From assembly GCF_006345805.1 (NCBI RefSeq), contig NC_042997.1, forward strand, positions 4,030,001 to 4,094,000: DNA of 64,000 bases, in the 5' to 3' direction. This document shows, piece by piece, positions 14,172 to 24,446 of this stretch (position 1 is the first letter of the stretch; the number at the start of each line of letters is the position of its first letter). The translations under genes were made by a program, and so were the position numbers. The notes under the pieces were generated by a model. The model was not told the DNA's origin. It did not search any database and saw only the letters and a program-made list of their open reading frames with translations. The DNA is from Octopus sinensis. Taxonomy: Eukaryota.

Positions 14172-14224
14172 TGAGAACGTACGTTTCAAGATTAGTCAAA
14201 ATCGACATTTCTATCATCAGCTCA
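14172..14224 (-). ncRNA. Type-I hammerhead ribozyme-like motif (family A, copy 1)
   Basis: Minus strand: TGAG-CTGATGA-tagaaatgtcgattttgactaatctt-GAAAC-GTAC-GTT-CTCA. Stem I is TGAG/CTCA; stem III lies within the palindrome AACGTACGTT. Stem II is closed atypically by U.U. Confidence 0.7.
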
Positions 14225-14730
14225 GAACTCCCTGGTTTGGATTTGAAAACACTGAAAGTGGGAGCATACCCTTTCGGCTTCTTATAGCTTCTGAAGATCC
14301 GCTCGAAACTAACAGTGCCAACAAACTCAAATATGCAAGCGAAGAATTCCTGCTCTCCCCTTTCCACCAGCGTGGGTTAAAATCAGTAAACACTATGCTT
14401 TTTTCGGTAAAATCCGAGGCATTTAAATAGAGAGAGATGAATTATAATTTCAACAATTGAGGGTAAAATTAATTAATTAATCAATTTCACCAAGTATTCA
14501 GTATGCAAAGGGAACATTTAAGGCGAATTCAAATTATTACATTATATAAAAGGGCTTAATAAAATAAATTACTTTGCCGCATACTGAACTCATTAGAAAT
14601 AGCAGCTAAAAAAACATTTATAAAACTATTTCTAATACTTAAAGAAAACCTCTCTCGTATAGTGTTTGCTCAACTCAACTCACGAAAGTATGGGGGTAGA
14701 GACATTAAAAAATCAAATGCAAAGGTTATT

Positions 14731-14783
14731 TGAGAACGTACGTTTCAAGATTAGTCAAAATCGACATTTCTATCATCAGCTCA
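14731..14783 (-). ncRNA. Type-I hammerhead ribozyme-like motif (family A, copy 2)
   Basis: Identical motif 559 bp from copy 1. Confidence 0.7.
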
Positions 14784-15297
14784 GAACTCCCTGGTTTGGA
14801 TTTGAAAACACTGAAAGTGGGAGCATACCCTCTCGGCTTCTTATTGCTCCTGAAGATCCGCTCGAAACTAACAGTGCCAACAAGTATTAGAAATAGTTTT
14901 ATAAATGTTTTTTTAGCTGCTATTTCTAATGAGTTCTGTATGCGGCAAAGTAATTTATTTTACTAAGCCCTTTTATATAACGTAATAATTTGAATTCGCC
15001 TTAAATGGTCCCTTTGCATACTGAATACTTGGTGAAATTGATTAATTAATTAATTTTACCCTCAATTGTTGAAATTATAATTCATCTCTCTCTATTTAAA
15101 TGCCTCGGATTTTACCGAAAAAAGCATAGTGTTTACTGATTTTAACCCACGCTGGTGGAAAGGGGAGAGCAGAAATTCTTCGCTTGCATATTTGAGTTTG
15201 TTGGCACTGTTAGTTTCGAGCGGATCTTCAGAAGCGATAAGAAGCCGAAAGGGTATGCTCCCACTTTCAGTGTTTTCAAATCCAAACCAGGGAGTTC

Positions 15298-15350
15298 TGA
15301 GCTGATGATAGAAATGTCGATTTTGACTAATCTTGAAACGTACGTTCTCA
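15298..15350 (+). ncRNA. Type-I hammerhead ribozyme-like motif (family A, inverted copy)
   Basis: tgag CTGATGA (15302-15308) … GAAAC (15335-15339) gtac GTT ctca. Confidence 0.7.
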
Positions 15351-15656
15351 AATAACCTTTGCATTTGATTTTTTAATGTCTCTACCCCCATACTTTCGTG
15401 AGTTGATTTGAGCAAACACTATATGAGAGACGTTTTCTTTAAGTATTAGAAATAGTTTTATAAATGTTTTTTTAGCTGCTATTTCTAATGAGATCAGTAT
15501 GCGGCAATGTAATTTATTTTACTAAGCCCTTTTATATAATGTAATAATTTGAATTCGCCTTAAATGGTCCCTTTGCATACTGAATACTTGGTGAAATTGA
15601 TTAATTAATTAATTTTACCCTCAATTGTTAATTATATATATATATATATATATATA

Positions 15657-15841
15657 TTTGGCGATTTTTTTCCTCTATCTTCCCTTCTCGGGATCTTTCC
15701 TTCTCCTATGTTTCCGACGAAGAGTTCCGCTCGAAACGTTAAACCCTCCTTCTTCTCTACTTTCCTGAGCGTCCAATAATACTATATTTGTTCAACGTCC
15801 TCGCGTTGTTGTTTTTTGTGTTTTCTTGTTTGGATTAACTA
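15657..15841 (+). mobile_element. Solo Penelope-type pseudo-LTR with a minimal hammerhead-like motif (family B, 15710-15744)
   Basis: gttt-CCGACGA-a-gag(ttccg)ctc-GAAAC-GTT-aaac. Stem I is GTTT/AAAC, stem II is GAG/CTC, and stem III is the zero-loop palindrome AACGTT. (TA)n on both flanks. Confidence 0.65.
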
Positions 15842-15849
15842 TATATATA

Positions 15850-15897
<48 letters not shown>

Positions 15898-15920
15898 ATA
15901 TATATATATATATATTATAT

Positions 15921-15957
<37 letters not shown>

Positions 15958-15976
15958 ATATATATATATTTATATT

Positions 15977-16031
<55 letters not shown>

Positions 16032-16064
16032 GTATACTTATATATATATACATATAAATGTATA

Positions 16065-16115
<51 letters not shown>

Positions 16116-16159
16116 GAATATACATTCATGCATACACACATATATATATATGCATGGAT

Positions 16160-16213
<54 letters not shown>

Positions 16214-16230
16214 TATATATATGCATATAT
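15838..16230. repeat. Long imperfect (TA)n/(CA)n microsatellite
   Basis: Direct inspection. Confidence 0.95.
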
Positions 16231-16719
16231 TATCAATAATAAATCAGATTTTCTTTAGATAGTAGCATACTGAAACACTATTACTTATGAGAGAAAGAGT
16301 TTTACACTATCAACACGCATCGCCCCTAGTTGCGTTATGCAGGGGCGCATCTAATTTGTTTTATATGTTATAGGCTACTCTTTCAAAACTATAAATATGA
16401 AACTTGCCTAATTTGAGGATGAGCTTAAAGTTTTAACTATTCGATGATATTCTCTAACTTTCTCCACGGTAAATTGCTCATATAAGGCTCGTATATGGCC
16501 TGAGTTTAAGATAGGTTGTCTAGAGAATGTATATTTGCTAAATAATAAAAGAGAGACGACTGTACATTTAGATGTTAATATCCTAGGCTAAAGAGAAATA
16601 TTTTTCACTTGCATATAATTCGAAAATAGGTATTCGCAAATAAGTAAAACTCATGAAATAATTACGTCATGAGAGTGCTGAAACATTCCTTGTCTTGGAT
16701 AAAAGGAAATACAGGAGGA

Positions 16720-17568
16720 TCAGTTCCTTATGATTTTATTAGAAATATTCACCTTTTAGGTTCACACACTTATTACAGTGGTCCATTCACAGGGCCCAAC
16801 TTTCATCAGTGTTTCTGATGCAAACCTTCACGTAGTTCGTCTAGCACACACATGCAGCATTCTTGGTGATGCAATATTTTGGGAGGTATTTTATGAGATG
16901 TACTCCAGCTGACATTTGGATCAGAAAATACTTGGGAAGCGGAGAATCGCTGTGGAATCACTCCATCGATTGCTGCTTGGTCTGGCGATCATCGGCCCCA
17001 AAACACCTTTGATGTTGGCCTTCTGCTTCACTTCCAAACTGCGTTCAGGTATTCCTCAACGCATTTTGGGGAAAATTTATGTCCAGAATGGATGACGTGG
17101 TGCTCTTATTTGCAAGAATTCCTTCGAACCTCAGCTATGACTTAAGCTGAAATCTGACGGTCTACGAGAATCATGAATGTGTAAAGCTACGTAGAAGTTG
17201 GCCGTCGTAACTGAGCTTTAACATTAACGTTCAAATGACCATTCTGAAACCTTGATACCCATATATTTGTGTGGTGTAAGATTGGTAGCGATCCTTCAAG
17301 ACTTCCGTCATTTTGGCATCGATTTGCTTCGCTTATTTACCTTTCAAAGTGAGGAACAACATGACCACTCGTACATCAGTCTTACCGAAATCCACTGCAG
17401 GAGCTGCAATCATGAGTTAAATCTGCAAACGAATGAAAGATATATTGTATAACATCAGCATTTTCTCCATATCTTTTCCTAAATAATTGTCCAGCTTCCA
17501 TGTAAAGCTAAAATCTCAACCACTTCGCTCTAACCTTCAAGCCAGGGACAATTCAACACGCCCTCGTA
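16720..17568 (-). mobile_element. Internally deleted mariner transposon remnant
   Basis: Minus strand starts TA-CGAGGGCGTG (mariner-like end). It reads VRVVMLFLTLKGK*AKQIDAKMTEVL…WVSRFQNG…RRP (HTH), a ETKQQSMEW-like motif and the C-terminal HCNKCVNLKGEYF*. Only one TIR-like end is recognisable. Confidence 0.75.
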
Positions 17569-17830
17569 CTCTCCAGTTGTTTGTAACAGAGGTTAGTGTC
17601 GATGGTGTTACCATCCGGAACGAGCTATCGTAATTGCATTAGAACGGGGAGCATCATGATGTGCTCGGAACGCGCATGTCTGGTGACACTGTTTATGTGC
17701 GTTAGGACTGCGGGAAAATAACTGCTTCCGGTTTTTATTCGCTCCGATTTATGGCTCACTTACTACACTCTTAAAGCTTCATCAACCAAAAGGAACTGGA
17801 AGCCTTTCTGAAGACATTCTTCACATCGCA
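17569..17830 (-). mobile_element. Fragment of a second mariner transposase
   Basis: ELVPDGNTIDTNLCYKQLERV resembles the mariner catalytic-domain 'YELL..G.TIN...YC.QL..L'. Confidence 0.5.
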
Positions 17831-17842
17831 GATCAAGAACTA

Positions 17843-17847
<5 letters not shown>

Positions 17848-17895
<48 letters not shown>

Positions 17896-17900
17896 TAGAC

Positions 17901-17974
<74 letters not shown>

Positions 17975-17991
17975 GTAGATAGATAGATAGT

Positions 17992-18072
<81 letters not shown>

Positions 18073-18080
18073 GGATATAC
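17848..18080. repeat. (TA)n + (TAGA)n compound microsatellite
   Basis: Direct inspection. Confidence 0.95.
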
Positions 18081-18494
18081 AGTTAGACAGACAGATACAC
18101 AATTCAACTTTACATATAGAAATATATTATCTTTTAATAAAGTTAAATTAGGGCGGTGTGGGCCACGGTAAGTATAAATGAATGAGAATCGCGTATGCAT
18201 TTTTTATGCAGTGTTTTAACAAGTATCCATATAAGTTGCATACAAGTGTTTGTTTTGCTTTTGAATAATTTTATCTGCTTTGCCGTACATTAGATTATAC
18301 TTGGGAATAGTGTAATGAAATATACTTAATTATCTCTGAAATGTGTATACTTTATTATAAATGACATGCTGGCCTATTATACCACATATCATTTTCTGCA
18401 CGAGCGTCGTTATTTTCAACGAAGTTTTGAATATCACCACAAGATATATGCTATAATAATGTTAGAAGGGACATGGCTATATATGCTTCCTTAC

Positions 18495-18581
18495 ATTTCA
18501 TCTGAGTTATGCAAGTACAGACCTTGGTACAATTCATCATTTCGTCTTGAAGCGAAATTGCCTCTGCATTCTTATTTCGTC
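18495..18581 (-). CDS. Weak candidate 87-nt symmetric (phase 1-1) exon, RNKNAEAISLQDEMMNCTKVCTCITQMK
   Basis: …atatcag| acceptor, |gtaagg donor and an open frame. No recognisable homology. Confidence 0.2.
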
Positions 18582-19639
18582 CTGATATTGTATATAGACG
18601 GACAAGTAAACTCACATATATGTATATACACATATTTAATGACACACGCTCACTAAATCAAAAATCTCTCTGCACACGCAGACACAGACATGCCATCACT
18701 GATACTTCGTCGCAGGTATATACTTATACGCAAACACATACGAATACACACGAACTCACACACACATGTACATACATAATGCCTACATAGAAACATATTC
18801 ATACATGTGTATATATATATATATGCACTCAAACATGCATTTGCACACTTGCAAATGAATTGTGCATGTGCAACGTTTTCAATGCAGAGTGAATTCTTTG
18901 AAATACATCGGCAGCATATATTTTAATTTACGGTTCCTCCTATATATGTATGAATATACTCTCTTCAAATCTTGTTAAAATTGATCTTAGCAAAATGCAA
19001 AATATAAATAAGTTTTCGTATCACATTCATTGCAGCTTTTGTTCATAATGTATATTGCCTTTAAGAAAATATTTTATATTCCAATTTCTTATATAATGTG
19101 TATCACAGGCATATCGGTACGTATATTCAAGCAGTCATTTCATTGAATACAGAATCTCGTACCATTATAAATTTCTATAACATAATCATCTTTTAGAATA
19201 CGTATGGAAATTCATGTCATGCATTATGTCAATTATCTCTCTGTATCTATTCTGTTTTTCCCTCTGTGTATATATGCATGTATGTATTTATGTATGTATG
19301 TATGTATGTGTGTATGTATGTATGTATGTATGTACGTATGGATGGATGGATCGATCGATCGATGAATGTATCTATTCATTTATCTATCTGTCTATCTATC
19401 TTTCTGTCTGTTTATCTATCTATCTATCTATATATATATGTATATATTTCCTTGTTTATCTGTCGATGTATGTATGTATGTACGTACGTGTGTTATATGC
19501 CATTGTTCAGTTATATTTCGAGATTGATTCCCAATGGAGAAAGAGTCGGTTTCCTATTTAGTCCAAGTTTCCTTCACTGGAATTTCAATATCAACAAGAT
19601 ATTTTTAGTTGTATGTATATATGTATGTATATGTGCATA

Positions 19640-20160
19640 TTTGTAAGTTTTGATTTATGTATGTATTGTCAGGCATATAGTTGCATATCTAAATATGATC
19701 ATATGTATTTAAATGATAAACTTCTGGAAAGTTTTTGCAGATTTTTACAGTTCCAGAGAGGGATTGGCTCTGCCGTCTTTGAATTAGCTTTCTTCTTTCT
19801 GGATTTGAGAAGCCAAATTTTTCAATATTGGTATTTAGGAAATGTGCTACATATCACAGGGCCCCAATGATTACAGCTATAAACCTAAACTTGTAATCTC
19901 GATAGAGTAACTGCATATTTCTCAATAGTTTAGCGTAGATATTCTCTTTTCACTGATCTTCAGCTTTATGTTAACATCCGCTGGGCAGCTAATTTTCACT
20001 ATTGTACACAATTTCTCTTCTCTATCTCAAATCATAATATCATGTTTCTATGCAAATATTATATTATGGTCTTTACAGGGACATCACACCAGCATTCCGT
20101 TATATTATGGGTGGCTATGGCTTCTGTCATACTGTGACTTCTTATTTATTTCTCTTTGAG
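19640..20160 (-). mobile_element. RLE LINE 3' fragment (R2-supergroup)
   Basis: CWCDVPVKT…ISCPADVNIKLKISEKENIYAKLLRNMQLLYRDYKFRFIAVIIGAL…GTVKICK; an RLE C-terminus with the K..KY-equivalent and the 'P(V/I)IIGALG' motif. Confidence 0.75.
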
Positions 20161-20301
20161 TTTATCCTTCCGAGGGATTTCATTATAGAGTGCCCTAGCT
20201 ACAACGTGTCTGATCGGTAGATAATACCGTGATTACGTTTTCCTACTACTGCTTATGATATCTTCGGTGTTAACGAATGTATATATGTATGTACGTACCT
20301 A

Positions 20302-20382
<81 letters not shown>

Positions 20383-20383
20383 A

Positions 20384-20422
<39 letters not shown>

Positions 20423-20889
20423 ATAATTCTGTCTATATGAGTGTGTGTGTGAATGTATATATATATATATATTTACGTATGTATATATATATGTATATAT
20501 ATATGTATATATGTATATGGACTCTAGACGATCTCTTTATACTTTCGTTTTCCTCCCTTTCTCTTATTCATTTACCTCCTCTTCTCCCACTATTCTCTCC
20601 TATTACTCTAACACCCTCCCTTACTCACTCCTTCTCCCTTGCTCACGTGCCTCCCACGTGAGCATCAACCATCTTCCTTTCATCTCCTAACTTGTGTTTC
20701 TTTCTTTCTCCCCGTTATAGCTGGAACAAGGAAGCTGTGTTCTTGTCTGTCTCTTGTCCAAGCTTGAGTTACGCGTTCGCCACTACTACCTAGTTTGTTT
20801 TCACTGTCCTGTTTGTGTTACAAATTTTAACCTTTTCCGCGTTAGGAATGGTCACGTGTCGAGTGGAGACCAACCTCGTTCAGGATAAC

Positions 20890-21340
20890 TATACAAAACA
20901 TCATGAAAAGTTATTAACTGACATTGCAGGAACGTCACCGAGAAATTGACGAATTTAATGATATCACTGATATATCCTGGAGCTCCTAACGAATTTTGAG
21001 AGTGGAATTACGAATGAAAAAGAGCTGTAGCAAAATTTGTGCCTCGCTTGCTCACGAAGCTCAAGAGCAGTCACGAATGAATGCGTGTCATGAATTGAAA
21101 GAACATTTGGTAGTTGATCAATACCTTTTTTCGTAGGTCATTAATGGTAACGAAACCTGATGCTATGGAATTTGCTGATGTGGAAGATGAGTTCCAGCAC
21201 TGCATCGAATATTGGAAAACGTGCCTAGATTGATGCATTACTTCAAATGGAGAATAATTTGAAAGCCATAGATGTGTTAACACTTAAATCTAAGTGTCAA
21301 ATCTAAAATTCCGTTTTTTGGGGGCGGGTACGTCCTCGTA
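20890..21340 (+). mobile_element. Internally deleted mariner remnant
   Basis: AKFVPRLLT (WVPHEL-type motif), VINGNET*CYG (first catalytic D region), then directly EFQHCIEYWKTCLD*CITSNGE*FE. Ends CCTCG-TA at 21340. Confidence 0.8.
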
Positions 21341-21344
21341 TATG

Positions 21345-21860
21345 GATATAACTGGATAGGCATCAACATGTGATGGACAGGATCAATGTTTTCTTTTCTT
21401 GGGGACAGTTACAATGCATACAAACCTCAAGTCATCTACAAGACTTTCACATCCCTTCCTAAAATTAGGAGCCCATTTTGCACAGCTGATAAAGCTGGAG
21501 ACCCATCCCCTAATATAGCAATTATGTCAGCATGAACAACCTTGAGGTTTCAACACTTTTACTGCAGGCACTTGATAAAACCACGATGTTGTTTTTTTTT
21601 TTGCTTCCATGTTCAAGAGAATTTGCTTCTGATGACTTTTGAAGTCCTCTTCGAACAGTTAGCTGTCAGTTTGCTTGGAGTGAAACATTGCAGTTATTAA
21701 TAAGAAGGGTTTAAATTAATTATTTCACAGCTCAAAGATTACACATTCAGTTTAGCACAATGAACTTTTCAGCTCATCATCTGTACTTGAAATTCTTCTA
21801 CGCATTCGACTTCGGAATTATCAGAGCATAACCTTCAAGAATTGTGGATGACTGAATCGA
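21345..21860 (-). mobile_element. Mariner 5' half (HTH region)
   Basis: MEAKKQHRGFIKCLQ…VHADIIAILGDGSPALSAVQKWAPNFRKGCESLVDD…NIDPVHHM. Confidence 0.75.
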
Positions 21861-22074
21861 CAGTAGTTATTTTCTAAACCCTGGTACTTATTATATAAGT
21901 TTCTTCTCCTGTAGCATAAAGTAAGGATAACAACACCGATTCCCAGGCAATGGTAAGGAACAACAGAGACAGAAAGACACACACAAACATGTATGCATGT
22001 ATGTATGTATGTATGTATGTATGTATGTATGTATGTATGTATGTATGTATGTATGTATGTATGTATGTATACAT

Positions 22075-22770
22075 GGATGTAGGAGGGAAGGGAAGCCACT
22101 AGGGAGAAAGTATCTGGTTGAGGTATTTGGAGATCATTTCCGTGTAGAGGCATAGGGTGGGACAGGATGAAAGCGTAAGTGGAGTTTACGTTTAGTGCAA
22201 GGATGTTGTTGAAAAGCTAGTTTAGATAGAGTATGAAACGTAAGGTGGAATGTCCAACGGATTGTGAGAAGCACGAGAAAAGGCTGGAATAAGCGAGAGG
22301 CAGAAGGTGGTCGAGATTATGTATTTTGGAGAGATTATAACGAATGGTGGCACGCATAAGGCGGTAGAAAGTAGTGCGGAGTACAGATAGGATGGCAGAG
22401 GAGACGTGGTGTAGAAATGGAGGTGAGAACCTTTGGATATGTGTTGGTGGTGAAGAGAGCGATTGAAAAAGGAATCATGACAACAGAAATGTGTTTTTTT
22501 TTTTCAAAATGAGTAGGGAAAGATTAATAAACGTTTGGAATCAGCGAAAAGGAATGGTGGTAAGGTGTGTCTTTAGGCAGTGGTGAAGGTGGAGGAGGAA
22601 GGATTTGTAATTAGGGATACTGGAAAAAGGAGAAATAAAGGAGAAAAGGGAGCAAAAGTGTGACAAGGGAGGAAAAAGTAAAAGGAAAAATATAAAAGAA
22701 AAAGAAAGAAAATAGGCAGAGGAGAGGAATAAAGAAGAAAAGGAGAAAAAAAGTAACAAAATCGTGAGAA
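22075..22770 (-). mobile_element. Probable Penelope-like element 5'/N-terminal remnant
   Basis: Pyrimidine-rich leader, then HDSFFNRSLHHQHISKG…LMRATIRYNL resembling PLE N-terminal regions. Confidence 0.45.
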
Positions 22771-23953
22771 TGGCAAAGTTTTAACGTACGGCGTATAAAT
22801 ATTCAGAAATGTCAAAAAGTTCAATACGTAAATATATGAGTGCGTGCGCGCGCGTGTGTGTGTGATTGCGTGTCTGTGTATGTATATATGTATATAAATA
22901 TGTAATAATGCTAGAGATGCAGGTATCGTTATTAAGATGTATCTTCCCCTTCCTATTTCTACTACCATTACTATTACTAACACTATTACAAACGTCGTAG
23001 CTGCTATCACCAACACTACCTCCACTGCCCTACATTTTCACCTGGTACTATTACCGCAGTAAAATATTTTAAACTGTTTTCTTGTGTCTTTGGCTAAGGT
23101 TATCGAAATATCTTGAGTTAATATTATTTTGCATTGTAATAGTCTTTATACAAACACTCTTTCTATGTCTCGCTACAACTCTGTAGGTATATGTATGTGC
23201 ACAAATATATCTATCTGTTATGAATTACTCAAGTGCACACATATACATACAACTCTAAATCCTTCCGAAACAATGAAGTAGAGGTTAAATTGAAAGTTAA
23301 AATAATAGGCACGAAAGCATTTTAATCATTACGTCTGAAATTTCAGTATTGTTGGAATTAAATATTTTTTTGGTGTATTTCACAGTAATACTCAGCTCAT
23401 AGAAATTATTCATATCCATTATTAGACGCTTTATTTTGATTCGTTACCTTTGCCCTAACAATGCAATTTAATGTGTTCAGTGCTTTAAAATATATGTAGA
23501 AATAAATTCAACTCTAGGTCTATTAGCGTCTGAGTGAGTTTTTATTTTAAAGCAATAGTGCTTTTCTATTGTTAAACGTAGTATATTATAACAATTTACT
23601 ATGTTTCTGAATATGTGCTGCAGAAGGAATATGAAATATTACTAAAGTATTGCGTTGATTTATGCAGAAAATAATCGCTTTTAGTGTCTTGCGATGCATA
23701 AAGAACTGTGAAAACATGCTGTGTTAGCCTGGAGAGAGTTCTTTAAGATTTCCTTTAGACTAATGGATACGCGTCCGGAAGATATTTATGAATGTATGTT
23801 ATTCTAGAGATGATATCTGTGTGTTGTAAAATATATCATATTTATGAAGTGCAAAACGATGTTCATGAAATAAATTAGTCTGAAGATGCTACTCTAAAAA
23901 TAATTTCTAATTTGAAGTTATACACAAATGTACATATATATATATATATATAT

Positions 23954-24077
23954 ATTTGTCTGGATATATGTGAATAGCGAGCGTATGATGAAAACACATA
24001 GGGGAAAATATAATCTGTGGGAACGAGCCGATGATATATCTCTCTCTATCTCTCTCTCTATCTATCTATCTATATAT

Positions 24078-24127
<50 letters not shown>

Positions 24128-24183
24128 CTATCTGTTTTTCTATCCATCTACACACGCAGGCACACACATACATACATATACAA

Positions 24184-24240
<57 letters not shown>

Positions 24241-24295
24241 TGTGTGTGTAGATGGATAGAAAAAGAGATAGAGAAATAGATAGATAGATTGATAT

Positions 24296-24327
<32 letters not shown>

Positions 24328-24446
24328 GGATTGAGAGATAGAGAGATAGAGAGGTAGAGAGATATCCTCGGCTCGTTCCCACAGATTATATTTTTCACTA
24401 TGTGTCTTCATCATACGCTCGCTATTCGTTATATATCCAGACAAAT
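23954..24446. repeat. ~490-bp fold-back element with internal microsatellites
   Basis: atttgtctggatata…ctgtgggaacgagccga at left is mirrored by tcggctcgttcccacag…tatatccagacaaat at right; (TCTA)n/(TAGA)n and CA/TG tracts are also mirrored. Confidence 0.85.

Larger units (their letters stand above)
13886..15635. mobile_element. 1.75-kb palindromic element built from a 559-bp hammerhead-bearing unit (PLE pLTR- or retrozyme-like)
   Basis: Direct period of 559 (ORFs at 14107 and 14666). Arms 13886-14640 and 14882-15635 are near-perfect inverted repeats around a ~240-bp spacer. (TA)n on both flanks. Confidence 0.9.

Noticed and set aside
14287-14320. CTGAAGA…CGAAAC on the opposite strand of the 559-bp unit (possible second-polarity hammerhead)
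   Set aside because: No NUH triplet with stem I or III pairing, and the motif is destroyed in the 49.7-kb copy.
14107-14430. 107-aa ORFs repeated at 14107, 14666 and 15092
   Set aside because: They recur only because the unit is repeated. No domain is recognisable and the frame is disrupted in the 49.5-kb copy.
13886-14884. CRISPR-like or satellite interpretation of the direct repeats
   Set aside because: Eukaryotic context and no repeat-spacer structure; only about 1.8 direct units.
15826-16262. Many IY/YI-, CV-, LSIY-, poly-I/L/Y/N/T ORFs here and across the window
   Set aside because: Translations of microsatellites.
20520-20885. Possible solo LTR with the hairpin gctcacgtg…cacgtgagc
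   Set aside because: No TSD, paired LTR or PBS could be verified.
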